From an uncultured Victivallaceae bacterium (lineage in GTDB: Bacteria > Verrucomicrobiota > Lentisphaeria > Victivallales > GWF2-50-93), in assembly GCA_964636325.1 (NCBI GenBank), contig CAZWRV010000011.1, positions 7,264 to 71,263 of the forward strand: a stretch of DNA of 64,000 nt, written 5' to 3'. The notes beneath the pieces were generated by a model. The model was not told the DNA's origin. It did not search any database and saw nothing but the letters and a program-made list of their open reading frames with translations. Below, piece after piece: positions 27,201-33,995 of the stretch; positions within the stretch are counted from its first letter, which is position 1; each line of letters opens with the position of its first letter. Made by a program: the position numbers and the translations under genes.

Positions 27201-27502
27201 GGAATGGCCTTGGGCCCATAAACCTCGACCTGCTCTTTCACTTCATAGCGGTTCACATATTTTCTTTTAAGCAGCCGCTCAAGGATGGGCAGTTTCCTGT
27301 CCAGCCTATATCTGCTCAGTAAATCCAGCAGTTGTTCGCGAAGTCCGCGCTGGTTCCCGGAGTCGTCATAGATCCTGTCCAGCTGGCCGTTTATCTTCCG
27401 TTCGAGCTTCGCCTCCGGCCGCATGAACCAGCAAAATCCCGCCACGGCAAGCAGGACGCAGGAAAGAACAACCGCATACCTGAAATGTTTTCTCTTATTC
27501 AT
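24230..27502 (-). CDS. large HEAT-repeat protein with N-terminal membrane anchor
   Basis: 1090 aa. N-terminal hydrophobic segment (VVLSCVLLAVAGFCWF) followed by more than 20 HEAT/PBS-lyase-like repeats (recurrent D..PEVR..A..aLg). Confidence 0.7.
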   Translation of the reverse strand: MNKRKHFRYAVVLSCVLLAVAGFCWFMRPEAKLERKINGQLDRIYDDSGNQRGLREQLLDLLSRYRLDRKLPILERLLKRKYVNRYEVKEQVEVYGPKAIPILAKRLKPHNRLVVRLFCAGVLGELASPKALPALEEALLNDPESRIRACAAGSIVILESPSSLPALIKALRSDSSPEVRSHIATYLYSFIEMGALPQMLSSLKNDPDPEVRSALVHSLVSLPGPRLVDPSISRTLLEALESEGDTRVRCSLVSVIASNVDIDDSVRNLLAGILKDDSAPEVRSSLIGSLYGEKCRTCLPILLGFLKDDPNPKIRESVLETIFRDPAVLDAGGVENVISAFKNEKNPGVRYYAVRILGRIRSEKAVPELLAFLEARKDDDSARQDRTRDEDRLLEAVFDALTDIKGAAIIPELKKLLDSPQHKYLRYHLIASIGKFQTDEAFEILSESLRNGKDISSNPAISMLGSFKRPETVSLLEEIIRGDHPDSIKLHAMRSLVQIDKKAVKPFLKDFISRIGDKQEQAQSQLVELLEVIADPETEPFLTKILLSAIKNPGKSTPEDVDSYRRRTAANALGKIGGDSAAASLKLAFEKEPDPSVRLDAFRALAGILGDRARDMLCKALTDDDMEIRKDALRLIGNRGDDSFLPNLISVFNTATDRSLRRDALRLIGIFNNGEAKDILVAALGDGDLYIRRLAIKSLVQRCEADMLPAILSLYADNLDSEIREDALDAIGNFNDPAAHKVLVETLKDPRWQVRGMAVEALGKTGRNEAVPVLMSVFKNDPIKVVKVAAAKALGSFDCPDAYEFLVNALDETDAELLVGVISALGTMGNTDSVPILLKMLVDGKYKNIQGNIIDALGEIGNPQAVAPLLAYAEHAPDNLIYDLCVTFGNLGDPRATDFLAASLDLNPQESFAAAAAGFAMAKIRDPRSIPNLEALLSRRGLDEKSNEDNADLAAACTLAFMGRSHPQSIPVLKKYLGSHGSWDRFVAACALLRLGTAEAMKELEALKDDEDREIRRLAKRMCAGEGISSLKYTLHCPDETYRGFTVGALVFMHATEFLSDIEKMARTDQSMDVREAARHAARQIRNKEK

Positions 27503-27731
27503 TCCTTAATATAGCATAAATTACGACCGCAATCGTCCGCGGCCGATTGCAGTCGATTGCAGTCGTATTTATTCCGGAATTCATTTTAAATATTCCACGT
27601 CCGACCCGTGGACGGGCACGTAGCCGAGCTGGTGCTCGGCGTTCCCAGGGATGATTGAGTTGCAGACGGGGAACTACCCGTTATATTCAGGCAAGCGCGT
27701 CCATGAAAATTAAGAAGGAAGTTAAAGAAAG

Positions 27732-28748
27732 ATGAAAAAGGAGTCCAAGCCCAAGATTGTCATCAAGCAGCCGCCGCTGCTGTTCAACCAGTCGCAGAAA
27801 CTCATCTCGAAGATCCAGAAGATCATCGGCACGGGCATCATCTGCTACTGGACGTCCAGCAGGGGGAGCGTCTGCGACAACGACGTGGTAGGTCTCTACG
27901 AAGTCTTGAAGAAGCTGGGTCGCGGGAAGAAGATAGCGCTCTTCCTCAAGTCGCACGGCGGCAGCGTGGAGCCGACTCTGCGGATAGTGAACCTCATCCG
28001 CGAATACTACGCTCACGTGACCGCGCTGGTGCCGCTGGAATGCGCGTCGGCCGCGACGATGATCGCCGTCGGCGCAAACGAGATACAGATGGGGCCGCTG
28101 GCGCACCTGACCGCGATCGACTCGTCTCTCACCCACGACCTCTCGCCGATCGACACCAGGGACAACCGCAAGGTGAGCGTCAGCCAGGACGAGCTCGGCC
28201 GCATTGTCAAGCTCTGGAACGCCAACTCCAAGGCCAACGACGGCAATCCGTACGGCGACATCTTCAAATACATCCATCCCCTCGTCGTAGGCGCCATCGA
28301 CCGTTCAAGCTCGCTCTCCACGCAGATCTGCAGGGAGATACTTTCCTACCACATCAGAAACGAGGAGGAGGCGGACCGCATCAGCAGGCACCTCAACTCA
28401 AGCTATCCTTCCCATTCATATCCGATTACGCTTAGGGAGGCGAAGCGCATCGGGCTTTCCGCGACCGCCCTGGACAAGGACGTCAACGGCCTCCTGATCG
28501 ACCTTAACGAAATATACTCTGAGATGGCGCAGAAGGCCCTCACCGACTATGACGAGTGCAAGTACCACGACAACGAGATTCTGAACATCATCGAGTCCCG
28601 CGGAGTGCAGATCTACTACCAGAACGACAAGGACTGGAACTACCTCAAGGAGGAGCGCCGCTACCAGAGCCTCAACGACAACAGCTCATGGCGCAAGATC
28701 GAGCTGGTCAACGGCAAGCAGGTCAAGACGCAGTTCCATATACGCTGA
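27732..28748 (+). CDS. Clp-fold serine protease, SDH ('serine dehydrogenase proteinase') family-like
   Basis: IICYWTSSRGSVCDNDVVGLYEVLKKLGRGKKIALFLKSHGGSVEPTLRIVNLIREYYAHVTALVPLECASAATMIAVGANEIQMGP matches my memory of the SDH/ClpP-like family pattern (hTpGG...S-A-[AG]-T). Confidence 0.5.
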   Translation: MKKESKPKIVIKQPPLLFNQSQKLISKIQKIIGTGIICYWTSSRGSVCDNDVVGLYEVLKKLGRGKKIALFLKSHGGSVEPTLRIVNLIREYYAHVTALVPLECASAATMIAVGANEIQMGPLAHLTAIDSSLTHDLSPIDTRDNRKVSVSQDELGRIVKLWNANSKANDGNPYGDIFKYIHPLVVGAIDRSSSLSTQICREILSYHIRNEEEADRISRHLNSSYPSHSYPITLREAKRIGLSATALDKDVNGLLIDLNEIYSEMAQKALTDYDECKYHDNEILNIIESRGVQIYYQNDKDWNYLKEERRYQSLNDNSSWRKIELVNGKQVKTQFHIR

Positions 28749-28749
28749 G

Positions 28750-28923
28750 GCGGGCAACGCCCGCAACCCAAAATTCCAAGCTCCAAAATCCAAATCACAA
28801 ATAAATTCCAATTATCAAATTCCAAACGGCGCGACTCAGAGTTTGGATATTGAAGTTTGAGATTTGAGATTTATTTGGAATTTGGTGCTTGGAAGTTTGG
28901 AATTTACAAACGCTAAAAGCATA
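28750..28923. repeat. ~175-nt CCAAA/TTTGG-rich quasi-palindromic intergenic element, copy B
   Basis: GC hairpin gcgggc-aac-gcccgc right after the stop, then arms centred on ccaaac...gtttgg. Same head and tail (aaacg.t.aaa.cata) as copy A. Confidence 0.75.
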
Positions 28924-28949
28924 GAAGTGTAAAACGAAGACACTGGGCT

Positions 28950-29768
28950 ATGTGTCCGGAATCGCATCAAAACCTGGAACTTACCGACGCAAAGAAGGTC
29001 GACGAGGCGCTTGGGGCGATAGCCCGTGACGACATCCGCGCGGCCGAACGTCTTCTGCTTGAGGTTGTCGCGAACACGCCGCCTGGATATTCCAACGAAC
29101 AGGAGGACGGCGGGACTGCTTCGATAAGGTTCTGGGACCAGGCCTCGTTCATCCATTTCGTCATGTGGGAGAAGGACCATGGGGTCGAGAGGAGCATCAA
29201 CTGGCTCCCCAACGCCTATCCGAGGGCATACTACTATCTGGGATTCATCTGCGTCAAGCGGAAGGAATATTTCAGGGCTGTCGAATTTCTCGACAAGGGG
29301 CTGGAACTGGAACCGTCCAATCCGAACTTCAAGTTCGAGAAGGCCCATGCGCTGGTAAATACTGGATACCATAAGGAGGCGCTCGCCCTCTATGAGGGGG
29401 TCAATGGGCTCGGTCCCTACGTCAGCGCCCGCGAGCTTGGCGTGGCCCGGCGGGGATGCGGCTTCGTGCTGATTGAGATGGGGCGGCTTGACGAAGCAGA
29501 GGCCGCCTTCAAGTCATCCTTGGAGATCGATCCCGCCAATAAGATCGCGCTCAGCGAACTGCAATACATCGATCACTTGCGCAAGGGCGGCCGGAAAAGC
29601 GACACGGAAAGCATCTCAACTACCGGCGCCGACCTGTCGAACTGCGCCATCTGCGGCAGGAAATTCGAGGAAGGGGCCGCTGTCTCCATGGACGGAATGC
29701 CGGCCTTCATCTGCCGGAGCTGCGAAGGAAGGCTGACCAGGAAGTGGTGGCAGTTCTGGAAGTGGTAA
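28950..29768 (+). CDS. TPR-repeat protein with C-terminal CxxC...CxxC zinc ribbon and Trp-rich tail
   Basis: TPR-like helices (AYYYLGFICVKRKEYFRAVEFLDKGLELEPSNP...). C-terminus CAICGRKFEEG...FICRSCEGRLTRKWWQFWKW. Confidence 0.6.
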   Translation: MCPESHQNLELTDAKKVDEALGAIARDDIRAAERLLLEVVANTPPGYSNEQEDGGTASIRFWDQASFIHFVMWEKDHGVERSINWLPNAYPRAYYYLGFICVKRKEYFRAVEFLDKGLELEPSNPNFKFEKAHALVNTGYHKEALALYEGVNGLGPYVSARELGVARRGCGFVLIEMGRLDEAEAAFKSSLEIDPANKIALSELQYIDHLRKGGRKSDTESISTTGADLSNCAICGRKFEEGAAVSMDGMPAFICRSCEGRLTRKWWQFWKW

Positions 29769-29853
29769 TTGTAATTTCTTTCACAAGGGGCTAAGTTTTT
29801 CCCTGAGAGAATCGACAAAATCATTTGTCGATATTTTTCACGAGGGTCTGCCG

Positions 29854-31722
29854 GTGACACCCAAGGAACTTGAACAGACAATAAGGACCTTGCTTCAGAG
29901 GCCGATGGCCGACACGGAACTGCGCGACCAGCTTGAGAAGCTTGCGGAGGCCGAGGCTTCCTTCTCCGGATTCACCTGGCTCTTCGGCCCGGAGCTGTAC
30001 CGCCGCAACCGCATCCTCTTCCGCCCGTTCATCCTGTCGCGCTTCAGCACATACATGGTCCTGCCCAAGTGGAGGGTCGAAGAAATAAAATGGAAAGGTC
30101 CCAAGGCGGGGATACTCGATCCCTGGCTCGCGGAAGTCGACCGCAACGACGACGTGGAGCTTTTCCGCAAGCTCTACGAATGGAAGCTGAGCGCCCAGTT
30201 CGACTGGAGGATGCGCGACAAGAAGTCGGAGACGCTCCGCAAGGAACTGCTTGCCCGCTTCCGCGGCGCGGCCAACGCCCCTCAGCGCGAGACGGTGCTG
30301 CGCAAGCTCGACCTCTGGTTCAACCTCGATGAAGCCACCGCATGTTCGATATATGAAATCGACCACCGTGCGGCAGGCCCGTTCATCCTGCGCCACCTGC
30401 CCAGCTCATGGTTCAGCGGGGAGCAGAAGCGGACTTTGTGGGGCAGAATGCATTCATTGGCCGACCAGCGCCGCGACGAGGATTTCCGCTGGCGCCTCTA
30501 CCGTCGTCAAGTGCCTCTGCCCGACTGGACCAAGGAATGCCTTGGCCTCTGCGACAACGTCAGCGATCCGTCCAAGTTGGTCCAGGAACTGCTCAGACGC
30601 CACCCTGAAGGCTATGGGATCAATCTGGCCGACGGGTTCTACCAGATGGTCCAGCGCAGGGGCCGCGACGTCTTCCCGTATGTGATGCGCCATCTCCGCC
30701 AGGTCTGGGGCGGATGGTTCGGCCGCGGCAGCTACGGCCGGATGGCCGATCTGGCACGCCAGCACGGCTGGTGGGATCTCTGGGCGGCGCTCATCCGGGT
30801 CTGCAGCGGACCGAAGGAGTTCAACAAGGAAATACATTCCATCCTGACGGACAGCAGCCTGACCAAGAAGCTTGCCGAGGAGCGCCTGCTCGCGCTGGCC
30901 GGAGTTTCGCGCGAATGGAACTGGCCCGGCCTCGGCATCGCGACGGTGCATCAGCTTGAGGAGTCCACGGCGATGCTGTTCTATGAGCGATTCCCCGACC
31001 TGCTGCGCGGCCCCTTCAAGCTGCACGTCCAGGGCAACATGTGGGGCGAGACTTATCCGAAGCTCCTCGACCGCTTCCTCGCGGACGGCGACGAGGAAAT
31101 GGTCGATCATCTGGCCAGCCGCATCATCACGCGTTCCGGCCGTTGGGGCAATGCGCAGAAGCTTCTCGCGGAAGCCGAAAAGCTGGCCGACTACTACGGC
31201 GCGATGAAGTCAGACGAGGCAGTCTTTTCACGGCGCGCCGCGAGCGTCCTGGGGAGGATACCGGCATACTCGATATGGCAGTATAATCCGCTGGTCCAGG
31301 AGAACAGGCTGGCCCGGCTGCTCTTCGAGCGCTCCGCCTCCTCGTATCTGGCCGATCCGTGCAGCGTATCGGATCTCGTGGAGGCCGCGGAGATACACGT
31401 GATGGCGCTTGCTTACCGCGCGCTGGGACTCGACGACGACCGTGCCCGCGAGCAGGCCGTCCATCATCTGCCGCTCCTTATGGGGACGCTACTCCGCCCG
31501 ATGCAGCGGGGCACGCGCATCCTGGCGTTCGGCGCGCTCGCAAACGCCGCCGTAAGCGCGGAGACCGCACGAACCGTTCTGGACCGGGCCCGCGACGCAA
31601 TGTTTCTCCCGGACCTGCGCTACCCGAAGGAGGATCTCCTAGGGCTCATCGCAAAATTGCTGCGGCACTGGCCCGAACTGCGCGGTCCCGGCGAACAGCC
31701 GGTGATCTACAAGAAGCAGTGA
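29854..31722 (+). CDS. hypothetical all-alpha (ARM/HEAT-like?) protein, 622 aa
   Basis: Long ORF with coding-like composition, Trp/Arg/Leu-rich helical sequence. No catalytic motif recognised. Ends 62 nt before the SWIM gene. Confidence 0.55.
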   Translation: MTPKELEQTIRTLLQRPMADTELRDQLEKLAEAEASFSGFTWLFGPELYRRNRILFRPFILSRFSTYMVLPKWRVEEIKWKGPKAGILDPWLAEVDRNDDVELFRKLYEWKLSAQFDWRMRDKKSETLRKELLARFRGAANAPQRETVLRKLDLWFNLDEATACSIYEIDHRAAGPFILRHLPSSWFSGEQKRTLWGRMHSLADQRRDEDFRWRLYRRQVPLPDWTKECLGLCDNVSDPSKLVQELLRRHPEGYGINLADGFYQMVQRRGRDVFPYVMRHLRQVWGGWFGRGSYGRMADLARQHGWWDLWAALIRVCSGPKEFNKEIHSILTDSSLTKKLAEERLLALAGVSREWNWPGLGIATVHQLEESTAMLFYERFPDLLRGPFKLHVQGNMWGETYPKLLDRFLADGDEEMVDHLASRIITRSGRWGNAQKLLAEAEKLADYYGAMKSDEAVFSRRAASVLGRIPAYSIWQYNPLVQENRLARLLFERSASSYLADPCSVSDLVEAAEIHVMALAYRALGLDDDRAREQAVHHLPLLMGTLLRPMQRGTRILAFGALANAAVSAETARTVLDRARDAMFLPDLRYPKEDLLGLIAKLLRHWPELRGPGEQPVIYKKQ

Positions 31723-31783
31723 ATAGTTGGATAACTGGTTACTGTGCGCGGCGATTATTCGCCGCGATTATAAAAGGAGCACG

Positions 31784-33397
31784 ATGATAGCCCTTTTCGA
31801 CTATGCGAGCCCCAGCACCTTGGAATCGCAGCGGGACCGCGCCCTGCTCGGGATTTCTGCGAACGCGCGCCGTCCCGTGCGCTTCCACGGGAAGCTGTTG
31901 CGCAACGTGCCGCTCCTTCGCTTCACGCTGCGGGCCCTCGGCGAGGCGATATGGTCCGACGACTCTTGGTCAAGCCAGGGCGAATTCGGAATGTGGATAC
32001 TCGATCCCGTCATCACGGTTCATCCGGACCGAATCTTCTTCGAGGCGTTCAGCCAGGATCAGAGCGTCTATGCGATGGTCGTGGCAAATCCTCGGATGTT
32101 CGCGGCCGAAGGCGAAGTGATTACGGGGACGACAAACGTCGACTTCAGCGCCTGGCTGTGGGGCGCCTTGAATGAACTTCGCTCCAGCCGCGAAACCTGG
32201 CTGCGCATAGGCCCCGAAGGCTTCGAGGTAAGGACGAAGCGCGCCGGAGGCCGTTTCGAACAGAAGGTCGACCTGCCGGACCACTGGGTCCGCGGATTCC
32301 TCCAGGTGACCGCCGCCATGGCAATGCCAGGGACTCGCATCACGGTGCGTCCCGCGGATCTTCTTGCCGCAATACGTTTCCTGCGGTATACGAAGGCGAA
32401 GCTCTCACCCAGGGCCCTGCGCTACGAATTCAATCCCGGCGAGGATGCGCGCATCGTCCTCGAACCCTGGGAGCATGTAGTCCCTCTGCGCGGCGCGGAA
32501 CATAATTACACCGAACCGCGGACTGTCCGTACCTGGGGGCGCCGCCGTCTCAAGCTCATCGAACCGCTACTGCCTTTCGCGACCAGCGTGGACATCTACC
32601 TGAAGGGCAGGGGGCTTCCGAGCTTCTATGCTGTAAAGATGCCCGACCTGACTTTCGTGCTCGGGCTTTCCGGCTGGACCCAGCAGCAATGGACCGACAA
32701 CGGAAGCTTCGATCTGCTCTCGGAGGCTGAAGCGCCGGAACCGGATCTGATCGACAAAGTCCAGCAGCATCTGGCCGCCAGCTTCCATGCCTCGCCGAAG
32801 GATATGGCCGCCGCCATCGGCTGTGCGCCCGATCTCGTCTGGCACGCATGCGAGCGGCTATGCCGTCAGGGACGGGCAATCTTCGACGTCGAATCCCGCG
32901 CCTTCCGCCACCGCCGGCTTTTCGAGGCGCCGGTAGACGAATCGAAGCTCTTCCCTCCCGACGAGCGCCGCGAGCGCGCCAAGGCTCTGCTGGCGGGCAA
33001 TTCCGTCTCGATCTCGCGCTGCGAGCCTCAGGAGACGCGGAAGACAAAGAAGCTCAAGAACCCCAACGGCGCACCGTTTACACGCGAGATAATCTACCGC
33101 GACTGGATTGTCTCCGGCGTCGCAGGCAAGGAGAAGGGCACCGAAATCGTGATCGGCGACACGGGCCGCATCATTTTCGGTAAATGTTCCTGCGCATTCT
33201 TCCAGGAAAACCTTATGGGCAAAGGCCCGTGCGAACACATGATTGCCCTCTTCCAAGCCAGCGCCGACTCGCGCAAGGACCTCCCAACCTCCGTCCCGGC
33301 GGCGGCAAGTCCGCCCCCGCTACCAAAGCAGGACAAGGGCAGCGAAGAGGAGAATGAGGCGGAGCCCGAGGACGGGGGCGGGGAAGAAAAGGAATAA
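31784..33397 (+). CDS. SWIM zinc-finger protein
   Basis: C-terminal SWIM signature GKCSCAFFQENLMGKGPCEHMIALF (CxC...CxH). Start moved to ATG 31784 behind AAAGGAG (31773-31779). Acidic Glu/Gly tail. Confidence 0.7.
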   Translation: MIALFDYASPSTLESQRDRALLGISANARRPVRFHGKLLRNVPLLRFTLRALGEAIWSDDSWSSQGEFGMWILDPVITVHPDRIFFEAFSQDQSVYAMVVANPRMFAAEGEVITGTTNVDFSAWLWGALNELRSSRETWLRIGPEGFEVRTKRAGGRFEQKVDLPDHWVRGFLQVTAAMAMPGTRITVRPADLLAAIRFLRYTKAKLSPRALRYEFNPGEDARIVLEPWEHVVPLRGAEHNYTEPRTVRTWGRRRLKLIEPLLPFATSVDIYLKGRGLPSFYAVKMPDLTFVLGLSGWTQQQWTDNGSFDLLSEAEAPEPDLIDKVQQHLAASFHASPKDMAAAIGCAPDLVWHACERLCRQGRAIFDVESRAFRHRRLFEAPVDESKLFPPDERRERAKALLAGNSVSISRCEPQETRKTKKLKNPNGAPFTREIIYRDWIVSGVAGKEKGTEIVIGDTGRIIFGKCSCAFFQENLMGKGPCEHMIALFQASADSRKDLPTSVPAAASPPPLPKQDKGSEEENEAEPEDGGGEEKE

Positions 33398-33467
33398 TCA
33401 GCCCATGACCGTTTTTTTGAGTTTTGAAATTGGTTCGATGCGGCTGTAGCAGTATAACTTGTAAAAA

Positions 33468-33642
33468 CATGGATCCGGAGGAGGTCCGGCGGCGAAGGAT
33501 TAGCCTAGATTGCCGCGGTGTTTCGCCGCGGTGGGGCAATGCCAGCCATACATCGCCAGGGTTCCCAACGTTCGCAACGTAGGGAAGCCCTGAGTCCAGG
33601 GCCTCGAAAGTGATCCGCCGCCGGGCCTCCTCCGGATCCATG
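33468..33642 (+). ncRNA. candidate structured RNA (possible retron msr-msd) closed by a 27-bp stem
   Basis: 33468-33494 pairs with 33616-33642 (26 Watson-Crick pairs plus one U-G that is A-C on the opposite strand). Internal hairpins at 33509-33540 and 33557-33592. Lies 354 nt upstream of the RT on the same strand. Confidence 0.4.
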
Positions 33643-33681
33643 GAAAACTGCGGGATTAGCAGTTTTGTCGGTTGGAAACTC

Positions 33682-33736
33682 GATGGAGGGCGAAGTCGTG
33701 CTGAGCCGCGGTTGAGCTTGGCTCAACCCTCCGGAA
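33682..33736 (+). repeat. 55-nt direct repeat, left copy (contains hairpin ggttgagc-ttg-gctcaacc)
   Basis: 54/55 identical to 35363-35417. Confidence 0.85.
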
Positions 33737-33826
33737 TAAGACAAAGATAGCGTCAAAGATGGTGAGTTTCAGGAAGTGCCGTATATCCGCCTCGGCGGAC
33801 AGTTTTGTCAGTGAGCAACAAGTAGT

Positions 33827-33965
33827 TTGCGCGCGGCGCGCGCAATAACACAGAACACGGCATTCCTCGTATGCGGGGTTTGCTTTTTGCGCGCGGCGCG
33901 CGCAATAACACAGAACACGGCATTCCTCGTATGCGGGGTTTGCTTTTTGCGCGCGGCGCGCGCAA
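33827..33965. repeat. array of three 19-nt GC palindromic units (ttgcgcgcggcgcgcgcaa) with identical 41-nt linkers, 60-bp period
   Basis: Units at 33827-33845, 33887-33905 and 33947-33965. Sequence lines 33841-33900 and 33901-33960 are identical. Confidence 0.9.
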
Positions 33966-33995
33966 GCTACCCGTCGAGTTTCAGGAGAGTTTCAA

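Noticed and set aside
27544-27563. Tandem cgattgcagt x2 and neighbouring hairpins in the HEAT-protein/protease divergent intergenic region
   Set aside because: They are too short to interpret and are probably promoter or operator architecture. I could not support a specific call.
33827-33965. Regularly spaced palindromic repeats that look superficially like a CRISPR array
   Set aside because: The repeat is only 19 nt. The 'spacers' (41 nt) are identical to each other and recur at 42242-42281. No cas genes are present. It is a REP/BIME-like repeat, not CRISPR.
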